This document shows positions 34,110 to 47,175 of a DNA stretch of 64,000 nt, one piece after another. Position 1 is the stretch's first letter. Every line of letters starts with the position of its first letter. The stretch comes from Octopus vulgaris (Eukaryota): positions 54,684,001-54,748,000 of the forward strand of contig OX597830.1 in the NCBI GenBank assembly GCA_951406725.2, written 5' to 3'. The translations under genes were made by a program, and so were the position numbers. Below the pieces are notes generated by a model. That model made no database searches. It worked only from the letters and a program-made list of their open reading frames with translations, and was not told where the DNA came from.

Positions 34110-34321
34110 TACACTAATTTGAACCAAAAAATCAAAGAATTGAGGCCGGAGATTGCCAACAGGAAAAGAGTACTGTTCCAACAAAACAATGCCCCACTAC
34201 ATGTGTCTTTGGCTACCCGAACAAAGTTATAGGAACTTGGCTGAGATATCTTACCCCATCCACCATATTCTCCTGATATTACGCCATCCGACTCCCACTT
34301 GTTTTTGTCGCTATAGAACTC
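34110..34321 (+). mobile_element. mariner transposase catalytic fragment
   Basis: RPEIANRKRVLFQQNNAPLHVSLATRTKL*ELG*DILPHPPYSPDITPSD. Confidence 0.8.
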
Positions 34322-35071
34322 ATTGACATTGAACATTGGTGTGCATGCGCATTATGTTTTAACGTTCTAGCTCACTTCCGCTGCTTACAGCAGTGCTTGG
34401 AAGGAAGGTGTGTAGTGTGTGATCGTCGCATTGACCGTGACAGAGAAAGTTGGGCAGAGATTCTGCATCCAATTTTGCCAAAAGTTTGGCGATACCTGCT
34501 CAGAGGTCTAGGCAAAATTTTCAAAAAGTTTTCATCGTTCGCGACAAAATCAAAGAGATCTTGTGCAACTGAAACCCCGGTGTCTTTTTGGTCAGCTAAA
34601 AGTAGTTCTGGCACAAACTCGGCAGACACGCGTCTCATACCCAAATCTTCAGTGATAATGGACTGAACTGAACCTCAACTAATCTGCAAATCCTCTGATA
34701 ATTCACGGATGATGATTCCACAATTTCTCCTCATAGCTGCAGGCACATTTGCGATGTCTTTCTCAGTTCTGCTGGTTGTGGGTCTCCAAGAACGTTCGTC
34801 GATATTGACATTATTTTTTCGGCCATCTTGGAAACGTCTGAACCACTCGTACACTTATGTGCGGCTCATACACTCCTCTCCATACACTTTCTGCAACTGT
34901 GCGTTGGCCTATGAACAGGTATCGCCATGACAACTTTCTCTGTCACGGTCAATGCGACGATCACACGCTACACACCTTCCTTCCATGTTCTGTTCCATGT
35001 GCTGTTAACAAGCGGAAGTGAGTTTGAACGTTAAAAGTTAGTGCGCATGCGCACCAGTGTTCAAGGTCAAT
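34322..35071 (-). mobile_element. mariner-derived non-autonomous element built from two inverted 5' ends
   Basis: 34322-34451 is an imperfect inverse of 34931-35071; minus-strand interior encodes an HTH (VYEWFRRFQDGR...RELSEDLQIS...DLGMRRVSAEFVP). Confidence 0.8.
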
Positions 35072-35089
35072 CTTTGCCAAGCCGTTTTA

Positions 35090-35450
35090 CTGTATGCTTT
35101 CGTCTGTTGCTACGTTCTGAGTTCAAATTCCGCAGAGGTCAACTTTGCCTTTCATCCTTTCGGGGTCGATAAATTAAGTACCAGTTACGCACTGGGGTCG
35201 ATATAATCGACTTAATCCGTTTGTCTGTCCTTGTTTGTCCTCTCTGCGTTTAGCCTCTTGTGGGTAGTAAAGAAATAGAAACAGGTATTTCGTCTGTCTT
35301 TACGTTCTGAGTTCAAATTCCGCGAAGGTCGACTTTGCCTTTCATCCTTTCGGGGTCGATAAATTAAGTACCAGTTACGTACTGGGGTCGATCTAATCGA
35401 CTTGCCCCCTCCCCCCAAATTTTGGGCCGTGTGCCTAGAGTAGAAAAGAA
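35090..35450 (+). mobile_element. Two tandem 5'-truncated SINE family B copies (tail B1, then tail B2)
   Basis: Same core twice, diverging after TAATCGACTT. Confidence 0.85.
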
Positions 35451-35812
35451 TATATAGTATACTTAGGTATGACGAATTTATTGCTAATTTCGTCATATTT
35501 GTTGCTAATAAGAAAAAGGAAGTTTGTGATGAATTGGTAATACGAAAACATCTCAACCCAACATCATTCAGTGTTGTCTGACACCACGTCCGTAGCCAAT
35601 TGTAATAACTGACAATAGAAATCATTATACCAGTAATAAACAGGCGATGTTTTAATGTGAGTTAAGAGGATTTAGCTGGTTTTGATAATCTCGATAATCT
35701 GTCAACCCGATTGAAGCAGAAAAAGGCATATTGCACATCTTAACTTGCCTTGGTGTTATCATCGTCGTCGTTGTCATCATCGTCGTTGTCGTCGTCGTCG
35801 TCGTCGTCGTCG

Positions 35813-35847
<35 letters not shown>

Positions 35848-36249
35848 GTCGTGGTCATTGTCTTCGTCGCTGTCATCATCATTCGCGTCGTCATAATCAT
35901 CATAATCGTCGTCATCGTCTATCGTCGTCCGTCATCGCCCGTCGTCGTCGTCGTTGTCATCGTCCTCCTCCTCCTCCTTCTGAAACCGTACTTTATAGCC
36001 AGATGCCTTTCCTGTTGCCAACACTTTTAGTTGTTTCTATGTGTCTATTCATCTGCTTAGCTAATTGCCCATGTGTCTATGGGTCTATTTGTGCAATTGT
36101 CTATTTGTCTATGTGGGTAATACATATTGATGAAACACACGCACGATTACACATACACACACACTTACTGCAGCTCGTATATATATACATATATATAAAT
36201 ATATATATAATGAGCTAAAGAGAGAGAGAAAGATAAATAGATATATAAT

Positions 36250-36302
<53 letters not shown>

Positions 36303-36335
36303 GATATATAATAGATATATATTTACATATATATG

Positions 36336-36390
<55 letters not shown>

Positions 36391-36396
36391 TATATT

Positions 36397-36675
36397 ATGG
36401 CTGCCCCCTCGTTATCGAGTATGGCCATTGCACGAAGCTTAACTGTTACTGGTACTGTGATCGAATGTGACTTTTTAGCCCAGCTAAAGATCTACAATGT
36501 CTTGTACAAAATTGGCAATTAAGACCTTTACCGGTAATAGCCGGCTGTAGTTGTAACTGGGCTTCATGTACCTTTGCATGTCGTTTAAGTTCTCCTGCCG
36601 AATTACACTCTCTTCCACATGCCCGACAGATATGATTAGTATGGTGTGTTACACCACCACCAGTGGCCAGTATAT
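36397..36675 (-). mobile_element. RTE-like LINE 3' end with two C2H2-type motifs
   Basis: CRACGRECNSAGELKRHAKVH and CQFCTRHCRSLAGLKSHIRS, stop, short 3' UTR. Confidence 0.65.
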
Positions 36676-37316
36676 ATACTATATACATACATGCATACAC
36701 ACATACACACACACACATACATACAGTCATACATACACGCGCACGCGCGCTCGGAAACATGCATATATTTGCTATCTCTATTTTTCCTGTCGCTCTCTCT
36801 CTCTCTCTCTCTCTCGTGTCTCTCCATATTTTTCTCATTTGTTTCTTTTCATCTCTCTCTCTCTCTCCCTTTAACACAGTCATCTCTCGCTGTCTTTACT
36901 CTCTCTCTCTTTCTCTCCCCCTCTCTCATTTCTCTATTTCCCTCCACCGCCCTCCCTCTCTATCGTCTGCTTCTACCAATCTGACTGCATTAATCACTGA
37001 ATGAAATCCTAAACCACAAAATGACTGTACTTTCTCTCTTTAAACACTATATCCCTCCATAATAAACTACAGTAATCAGCGTTAATCGACCGAATTATCT
37101 AAATCCCCCTACAAACTTCTGAACAAGATGCCATACAATCAACAGTTTACCATGTTTTAAACGTGATAATCAGCTTTTTGTATGTATGCATTCGCTTCCC
37201 TCCTCTCTCCTACGCACACGGACAGACACACACGCACGCACGCATACACACACTCTCCTTTTCTCTGTCGGTCTTTCTGTCAGTCTGTCTCTCTCTCTCT
37301 CTCTCACTCTCTCTTT

Positions 37317-37375
<59 letters not shown>

Positions 37376-37377
<2 letters not shown>

Positions 37378-37545
37378 CGTAGGAGTTGGTGTGTGGTAAG
37401 TAGCTTACTTACAAACCACATGGTTCCGGGTTCAGTCCCACTGCGTGGTACCTTGGACAAGTGTCTTCTACTATAGCCTCGGGCCGACCAAAGCCTTGTG
37501 AGTGGATTTGGTAGACAGAAACTGAAAGAAGCCCGTCGTATATAC

Positions 37546-37615
<70 letters not shown>

Positions 37616-37874
37616 ATGTATGTATGTATGTATGTATGTATGTATGTATGTATGTGTGTATATGTTTGTGTGTGTCTGTGTTTTCCCCACACCCCAACAT
37701 CGCTGACAACCGATGGGGGGGGAGTGTTTACGTCTCCGTAACTTAGCGGTTCGGCAAAAGAGACCGATAGAATAAGTACTAGGCTTACAAAGAAAAAGTC
37801 CTGGGGTCGATTTGGTCGACTAAAGGCGGTGCTACAGCATGGCCAGAGTCAAATGGCTGAAACAAGTAAAAGAG
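37376..37874 (+). mobile_element. SINE family A
   Basis: Full length with expanded internal (TA)n/(TATG)n. Confidence 0.9.
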
Positions 37875-37915
<41 letters not shown>

Positions 37916-38035
37916 TTCCTCTTGCTGTATATTTTTCCTATCACGGCGTTCGCTCCTTGTTGATGTCTTTTAACTCCGACTTTAGCCATCCCTGTTCTTC
38001 CTCTTTCACCTCCTCTTTCTTTTATCGTTTCTAAT

Positions 38036-38562
38036 CCACACACACACACACACACACACACACCACACGCACGGATACACATACGCGTCCACCGGCCCGC
38101 ACGCACACGCACCATACACACCACAGATACACGCACGCTCGCACACACACACACACATACACACATACACACTCACTCACACACACGCACGTATACACAC
38201 ACGCGTCCACCCACCCGCACGCACACGCACCATACACACCACACACACACGCACGCTCGCACACACACACAGACACACACACACACATACACACTCACAC
38301 ACACGCACGCGTACACACACACGTCCGCCCGCCCGCACGCACACACACTACACACCACACACACACGCACGCTCGCACACACACGCACACACACACACAC
38401 ACACTCACACACACACACTCACACACACGCAGGTATACACACACACGTCCACCCGCCCGCATGCACACGCACCATACACACCACACATACACGCACACAC
38501 GCACACACACACACTCACACACACACACTCACACACACGCACGTATACAAACACACGTCCAC
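38036..38562. repeat. CA-rich compound tandem repeat, about 120-bp unit, 4 or more copies
   Basis: Marker GTCC(A/G)CC..CCCGCA at about 38087, 38205, 38323 and 38447. Confidence 0.8.
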
Positions 38563-38949
38563 TCAATTGCCTGGAAGTCGGACGGGTTTAGGGACCCGAT
38601 GCTAATCTAAGAATCTTTGGGTTGTTATTACATTTATGCTATAGGGCCCGGAGCATTGCTTTACCAGGGATGTGGGTGTGTGTTATAATGCTGTTAAAAC
38701 GGCCATCAGTTAACTTGACAATAAAGAGATACTATTTAGAGGTGCGTCATATATTATGTATAGCCACAGTCTATTTGGTTGTAAATAGGTCACATGAGTT
38801 AACCACTATACCCAACTGCAAATATGTATTCTTATTTCTTTACTGCCCACAAGGGGCTAAACACAGAGGGGTAAAACAAGGACAGACAAAAGGATTGAGT
38901 CAATTACATCGACCCCAGTGCGCAACTAGTACTTATAGCTAGCTATTTC

Positions 38950-39078
<129 letters not shown>

Positions 39079-39372
39079 TTATCTATTTATCTATCAACAC
39101 ACGCGCGCGGTGGGCTTCTTTCAGTTTCTGTCTACTAAATCTAATCACAAGGCTTTGGTCAGCCTGGAACCATAGTTGAAGACGCTTACGCAAGGTGCCA
39201 CGCAGTGGAACTGAACCCGATGCCACGTGGTTGGGAAGCAAGCTACTTACCATACATCCACATCTGTGCATTTGAGAAACTACTCGTATTCAACGTCAGA
39301 ATATAAAGACGGGTTGGTCACGGCTGGAAGACCATTGATCATGTCTTCTCAGTGCTGAGTACAAATATTCAA

Positions 39373-39670
39373 GGTACGTGGCTTAGTGGTTAGGGTGTTC
39401 GTTGACGATCGTGAGTTCGGTTCCTGGCAGCGCGTTATGTGCTTGAGCAAGACACTTTATTCCACATTGCTGCAGTCCACAAAAATGAATTGTACCTGTA
39501 ATTCTATGGACCAATCTTGTCACATTCTGTGTCTCACTGAATCTCCAAGAGAACAACGTTATCGGTACTCGTGTCTGTGGAGTCCTCAGCTCCTTGCATA
39601 TTAATTTCACAAGCAGGCTGTTCCATTGATTGGATCAACTGGAGCACTAGTCATAACCAACGGATTGCTA
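39373..39670 (+). mobile_element. SINE family C, head H1 + tail T2 (diverged)
   Basis: Head as 13580 (TGGCTTAGTGGTTAGGGT, CTTGAGCAAGACACTT), tail as 44676-44860. Confidence 0.75.
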
Positions 39671-39927
39671 GTGGTTTATTATTATTATTATGAACCAATA
39701 TCAGCAACAATAAAATTCAGTTCATAATCAATGCACCAGCCATGATCAAAGGGGAATAATTCCAATAAGGTATACATATTCAAGTATATAAGAGTTATTT
39801 CCCTTATATTAGTTCTAAAGTTTTGGTCTTCAAAATTCATTAGTAAACTAGTGTGTTATTGTCTGCATAATTGAAGACCATTTTACTTTTTTCATTCACT
39901 GAACTACGACCAACCTAGGATACTGCC

Positions 39928-39960
<33 letters not shown>

Positions 39961-40136
39961 AAGTTCAGCAAAATTTAGATTCAGATGAATATAGTACTTA
40001 AGTTAAAGGCACCAGAATTTTGTATGGTATTATCCATATAAATCAAATGGGGTGTAATACTAACAGTGTTTATTAAAATGAAGTAGCATGAAACAATTGA
40101 ACTACTCTACCTTGGATATACTTGTTGCTTATTTTG

Positions 40137-40202
<66 letters not shown>

Positions 40203-40206
<4 letters not shown>

Positions 40207-40690
40207 CTGCGTTCTCGTATACCAGCAAAGCCATTGGTTCAAAGAATCATTGAAATGAATTATTGATAATGCAATGTGAGGCTCTTATATAATTCTTGAG
40301 CCCTGCCAAAGATTTGCTCATTTAATTGCATAGGGCACAGTTGTGTTGGCTGGTGGAAGGAACCGGTGCCACAGTATGAAGTCTTTTGACATGTCTTTTT
40401 AGTCCTCCAACTGAACGGCACATCTTTCCACCAGTTGTACATATTCTGTTGTGAACAATAGCCGCATCACAATTTACGTGGGGTTGATTCCTATGGCTTC
40501 TCTGATGGCCAACCAGACCTGCATGATTCAAGCATTTCCTCCTACAAATCACACACACACAAAAAACAACACACCTTCATTTGCTATCGGTTCTTTCTTT
40601 CTCGGCTTTCTCTTGATCTTCTCCTGCTTGATTCTCTCTTTTTCAAACTTCGAACAACCACAGTGCAATCTTTTCCTCTCCCAATTAACA
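40203..40690 (-). mobile_element. RTE-like LINE 3' end with 2-3 C2H2-type motifs
   Basis: WE...FEKERIKQEKIKRKPRK...CVICRRKCLNHAGLVGHQRSH...CTTGGKMCRSVGGLKRHVKRLH...CALC. Confidence 0.65.
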
Positions 40691-41050
40691 GTTTCGTCAC
40701 AAGGCTTTGGTCGGCCTGGAACTATAGTTGAAGACACTTGCCCAAAGAGCCACATAGTGGGACTGAACCCAGAACCACGTGGATGGGAAACAAACTACTT
40801 ACCACACAGCTATGTTTGTGGCTATAAATGACTAACATATCAAACATGACACTCATTAAACTAGCTTCAAATCTGAAGTCAGTTTGATAAGTGCCACGGA
40901 CGAAACCCTCGACCCGTGAGTCAAAGTTGTAACTTCTGTCGTTAACAAATGACAAAATATCTATATACTCACTTATTTAATTGTATTTCTCCGGTTTATT
41001 GCAGCAAAGCTACGCGCACGCTCGCACTCACAGATATATACAGGGTGTAT

Positions 41051-41440
41051 ACTCTTTACTTGTTTCAGTCATTTGACTGCGGCCATGCCGGAGCACCGCC
41101 TTTAATCGAGCAACTCGACCCCGGGACTTATTCTTTTGTAAGCCCAGTACTTATTCTATCGGTCTCTTTTGCCGAACCGCTAAGTAACGGGGACATAAAC
41201 ACACCAGCATCGGTTGTCAAGCAATGCTAGGGGGACAAACACAGACACACAAACACACACACGCATACATATATATACATATATACTGCGGGCTTCTTTC
41301 AGTTTCCGTCTACCAAATCCACTCACAAGGCTTTGGTCGGCCCGAGGCTATAGTAGAAGACACTTGCCCAAGGTGCCACGCAGTGGGACTGAACCCGGAA
41401 CCATGTGGTTGGTAAACTTACCACACAGTCACTCCTGCGC
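41051..41440 (-). mobile_element. SINE family A
   Basis: Nearly identical to the copy at 2431-2830. Confidence 0.9.
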
Positions 41441-41869
41441 TTTTTCAGTTTTTTTTTTTTATTTTTTTTTTAGGTCATTCGTATGAATTTAGAAAAAGAC
41501 GTATAACATATAAAAAAAAAAACTGTATTTAAAAACAAATTGGTAGAAATAATCTTTAGAATCCCTTTATCATATCTACTCGTTGAGTCGATCGTTAGTC
41601 ATCAATGCCTACTTGAATACGGCGTCAGAAGTGTTCCCATGCCTAAATCAGATGATCTTTATTGATTTTAAATATAGTACTGGTTGTGGAGGGGGGGAGG
41701 CTTGAAATTGTGTGGTGTTATGGGAGCGTTGATTGACATCTGTCTCTTGACTACGCCTCTTAGGTAACGCTCCAGTGGATTGAGGACTGGTGACGTAGGA
41801 GGCCGTATGTCTGCGAGACTATGATCGTGAAGATTAGCTCACATCAACGCCTGGATTCTCTTAGCCTTG

Positions 41870-42240
41870 TGAGACGACACAGAGTATTGATGGAAGACGT
41901 ATACCTTCCGTTGTGTACTCTGTTTGGCCACAACTTTCTTCAATCCCTGTGTAGACATCGGCCTTCTTAAGCTCTGTGAACCAAAAATTAGTCATGACAT
42001 CTCCCTAGTTGCCTACAACTTCCAGAATCATCACAGCTGCTGGGAGCTTAGTATGCATGACCGTTGGAACCTCATTCGGGTCTACACAACCATCTGTCGT
42101 TCCTTTGGTTCATCTTTTGGTTCTGATCGAAGATTTTTTCTCATCGGCGAAAAACCAATGCATTCCAGCCTCTTGGTATTTTAGCAAGCGATTTGCACAG
42201 ATCGAACTATCCCTCATAATGTATGTTTAATGTTTCATAT
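41870..42240 (-). mobile_element. maT/DD37D-like transposase remnant
   Basis: Minus strand: WFFADEK, DPNEVPTVMHTKLPAAVMILEVVGN*GDVM. Confidence 0.7.
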
Positions 42241-42676
42241 AAGTTGTGGCATCCGGTGTCGGCGACCGAGTATCGATCTATTCTATTGCATTTCAATTTG
42301 TTTCTTAAACGAAATATACACCGTCGGAACTTCTTGTTGACAAACAACAGCAGTAATTGTATTCACCTCAATAGACGTCATTGATTGGTTGAAATTGCCG
42401 AAATACGAGAAATTTAACAACAAATATCTTGCAAACTACAGAATTTTCTCAAGAACGCCAAGAGAAAAAGATGTTTTATGTGACACATTCTACCAGTATA
42501 CGAAGTTTAAAAGTGTTTAGTTACAAAAAATTATTTTTTAAATCTGCCGGTCAAAGTGAAAGGATCCTAAATGTTTCTTAAAGCCAGTCTTATCTACAGC
42601 GTGCGTTCGATGTTCTGTATTCATTAGGCTATAGTTTGAATTCCATATTACTGGAATAGGACTGGTACTCATTAAC

Positions 42677-43490
42677 TGGCGACGAGAATAGACATGAGTG
42701 CTATGCTGCATTTACCCATACAACTGTGGAATACTACTTCAGACAAACCATCCCCCGCTATATGGAATCGCTGGAAACGTCCGTTTGGGGATTATTTAGA
42801 ACTACTTCCGATACTACAACCAACCATTAATTTATCAGAATGTCACAAAATAAAGTTATTGCGCCAATTTCTCGGAGAAGAAGGACAAAGACACTTCGAC
42901 GCCTTGAAATTGCTTTTGGAAGAAGAATTAAAGCTTACTTGGGAAAGAGCCTGTACCGTAGTTCGTCAAAGCGAAAACATTTCACATCAGCTAACTAAAT
43001 TTCGTATACAGAGACAGATGCTGTGCAATCTATTACGTCTACAAAAACTCGGCATCTAGTCTTACAGGAAAACAGTTTACTTGTTAGCGTTGTGCATTTA
43101 AACATTATTCTCCGTCTGAGTGCCGACGTCAGCAAACCGTTTGTCATTTTACAGAGTTTGTCGTACAATGAACACAGAGTTTCATCTTCACAAAAACATT
43201 CGGTGCGAACGATAAAAACAAAGCTGGAAAACCAAGACCAAGATTTCGCTTTAAATTCAGTTTCAAACACTACTGTTAAAACTATAGTCCGACCAGCTCC
43301 GTATGTTGTCGATGTGATAATCAAAGGTCAGTCAGTACGCATGGAAATTGACATGGGCGCTTCAGTCTCTATTCTTACCACTCGTTCTGTCAGCTGTTTA
43401 CCACCACTTTCTACAAACTACTCAACTTTAAAAACATATACTGACACAAACGCAAACGTCTTGAGGTCTGCTAACATTTACTCGATCGCT
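42677..43490 (+). mobile_element. Gypsy (Mag-like) LTR retrotransposon remnant: PBS, gag, aspartic protease
   Basis: TGGCGACGAG PBS-like site 42677-42686, ATG 42694, gag-like WNRWKRPF...LGEEG, protease-like MEIDMGASVSIL. Confidence 0.75.
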
Positions 43491-43504
43491 ACAACAATAA
43501 GGGC

Positions 43505-44088
43505 GAGGGATTTTGAGCAGAATACTCACAGGAGATGAAAGGTGGTTCCATCATTATGAGACAGAATCCAAAAGACAGAGTATGAAGGGGAAACATCCTG
43601 GCTCGCCCACGACGAAGAAATTCAAGATTCAATCTTCCACGGGAGAGGGCCCTTAACTGGAAGAGTACCTGGAAAAGGGGTGTACGATCAACAGTGTAAG
43701 ATACAATGCTTTGCTGGTCAACAAACGCCGAAGCCTGTTGTAAGAGAAAGTTTTGCTGTTGCATGACAATGCACGCTCACACACCGCCTAGACCGTTGAA
43801 ACCGTTAACCAATTGTGCTAAAAGTGTCTGATGAATTTCAGTAGCTGACACACCTTCCGACCAGAGAAATCGGATCACTGTTCTTTGTTCTTCTTTGAAG
43901 AACGATGCTAGTGAATCGGCCATGCTTGCACTGTAAAGCCAGAAAGAAAAAATGGCGCGATCAGGCTCAAACTTTGATCACATGACCACAATAGTACCAA
44001 CTATAAGCACGCATGCGCAGAAGGCTGTGTAACAATAGTAAAGATATGTTTTTGCGAAAATGCGGATAATGTTTGCCTTCCCCTCGTA
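43505..44088. mobile_element. Rearranged mariner remnant
   Basis: Plus strand ILTGDERWFHHYETESKRQSM...KKFK and LLLHDNARSHTA; right terminus TGCGGATAATGTTTGCCTTCCCCTCG-TA (TACGAGGG-type TIR). Confidence 0.7.
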
Positions 44089-44359
44089 TATATATATATA
44101 GTTGTAGAATAAGTCCTGGGGTCGATTTGCTTGACTAAAGGCGGTGCTCCAGCATGGCCGCAGTCAAATGACTGAAACAAGTAAAAGAGTACCAGATGTG
44201 GATTCAGTGAATTGTGTGGCAATCGCAAAAAGCTCCTTACACGGACACTGCTATCAAGCCACATAGCAATCCGATACAGAGAAGTGTAATACAGAGTGTC
44301 CATACAGCTGACATTCAGAAGCTCCTTGCAATGACATAACTTCAGGAGACGAACATGTA

Positions 44360-44892
<533 letters not shown>

Positions 44893-44893
<1 letters not shown>

Positions 44894-45130
44894 CTAACAG
44901 AGATACCCGGCGTTGCCCGTGTTACATACAATTGAAGAATTAGACTTTTCTGTTATATTTTCTGTAATGAACTGGAATACGTATGTTTCGAATTTCGTCA
45001 AAATTGCAGATGAGGTTATTTCCCTCTTTACAGACCCAAACAAAATTGTAATTGTGCCACATATATCCCATACTGCTGATTTTTATGCGCATATTCCAAA
45101 ATTCCAGTCTTATAGCACCTGTTAAAAGGA
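44893..45130 (-). mobile_element. Helitron-like 3' end
   Basis: Minus strand CGGGCAACGCCGGG followed by TTAGT (CTAG-like terminus); inner boundary uncertain. Confidence 0.45.
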
Positions 45131-45660
45131 TTTTGCTCCTGAAAAATGGAGGTCATGGAACTCTAAAATGTGAGAGTTAAGGCCCCTATTGAGGGTGGGC
45201 ATCTTAATGTCAACCAGAGAAGTTGAATTGTTGAGGATCTTTTTTACTTGGGTCTTATATCTATTGTTTGAATTTCTTTGAAATATGAAATATATGTTCA
45301 CTGTGTTTGTAAAAGAAAGCAAAGCTACAGGAAACCAAAAGACTAATGATCACAATAAGCAGTCAGCTACAGTACCCTAGACGTTACCACTCCCAATGTA
45401 GGATTCCTCATCATCCAGGTGACAGGCACAGCCGTAAGATGCATTACGAATCTATAGCAATTGGAAGGGCGTGACCCAACTGAAATAAACATTAACAACT
45501 GTGTGACGTGAGGGCTAAGGAGAAATGAAAGTTGGAGTTTGCAAATGACCACTATACTGATACGTAACTGGACAGAATAAATATACAATCTATAAATGTC
45601 TTTGAATAACCAGTCACTCACCTGGGAAGGCCTTAAAATCAATGTTACCATGAGGGGACT

Positions 45661-46749
45661 ATGTGTGACAAAAAGCAAATTCGCACAATTAATTTATTCC
45701 AGTTCAAGTTAGGCCGAAAAGCAGCTGAAACAGCTTGCGATATCAACGATGCGTTTGACTCAGGAACCACTAATGAACGTACAGCACAATGATGGTTGAA
45801 GAAATTTCGTAGCGGTGACGGGAGTCTTGAAGATGATAAGCGTAGTGGTCGGCCATCGGATGTAGATAACGATCAACTAAGATCCTTAGTGGAAGCCAAT
45901 CCACGCACAACTGTTCGAGAGCTTGCTTCAGACTTAGACATTTCCAACCATTTGAAAGAGATTGGAAAAACAAAAATACTTGAGAAGTGGATGCCGCACG
46001 AATTGAACCCCCCCCCCCAAAAAAAAAGCGCCGTTTTGAAGTGTCGCCTTCCCTTCTTTTACGCAATAAAAACGACCCGTTTCTCGACCAGATTGTGACT
46101 TGCGATAAAAAGTGGATTCTTTACGACAACCGGCGACGCTCAGCTCAGTGGTTGGACGCCGAAGAAGCTCCACGGCACTTCCCGAAGCCAAAGTTGCACC
46201 AAAAGAAGGTCATGGTGACTGTTTGGTGGTCTGCGGCCGGTCTCATCCATCACAGCTTTTTGGATCCAGGCGAAACCATTACGGCGGAGGAGTACTGTTA
46301 GCAAATGGATGAAATGCATAAGAAACTCCGACAACAACAGCCAGCATTGGTCAATAGAAAAGGACCAATTCTTCTCCACGACAACGCTCGGCCGCACGTC
46401 GCACAACTGACCCTGCAGAAGTTGAACGAATTGGGCTACGAAACTCTGCCTCATCCGCCATACTCACCAGACCTCTCGCCTACCGACTACCACTTTTTCA
46501 AGCATCTCGACAGCTTCCTGCGTGAGAAATGCTCCAAAACCCAAGACGATGCCAAACACGTCTTCAACGACATCATCGCCACCAGAACGCAGGATTTTTA
46601 TGCTACTGGCATAAATAAACTTGTTTCGCGTTGGCAAAAGTGTGTTGATTCTGATGGTGTTTATTTCGATTAATAAAGTTTTGTTTGAGCCGAGATATGT
46701 GCATCTGAATTTAAAGGTTAAAAACCGCAAGAACTTTCTTGACTACCTA

Positions 46750-46750
<1 letters not shown>
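45661..46750 (+). mobile_element. Hsmar1-like (cecropia subfamily) mariner, near-complete transposase pseudogene plus right TIR
   Basis: ATG 45661 to TAA 46673; WMPHEL, TCDKKW, HDNARPH, YSPDLSPTDYHFF; stops at 45790 and 46299; frameshift at the C/A homopolymer near 46008-46027; TIR 46721-46750 plus TA; left TIR not found. Confidence 0.92.
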
Positions 46751-46754
<4 letters not shown>

Positions 46755-46817
<63 letters not shown>

Positions 46818-47175
46818 ATATGTATCTCTCTCTCACTCACTCTCTCTCTCGCTCACTCTCTCTCTTTCTCACTCTCTCTCTCTCTCCCCATATGTGTGTG
46901 TGTGTATGTATGTATATATATATATGTATGTATCTCTCACTCACTCTCTCCCTCTTTCTCTCTCTCTCTCCATATGTGTATGTGTGTGTATGTATATGTA
47001 TGTATCTCTTTCTCACTCACTCTCTCTCTCTCTCTCTCTCTCCCCCCATATGTGTGTGTGTGTGTATGTATATGTATACGTATGTATCTCTCTCTCACTC
47101 TCTCTCTCTCTCTCTCTCTCTCCATATGTGTGTGTGTGTGTATGTGTGTGTGTGTATGTATACGTATATATACAT
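46755..47175. repeat. Higher-order microsatellite repeat, (TG)n-TATGTA-(TC)n-CCATATG, about 4 units
   Basis: Directly visible. Confidence 0.8.
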
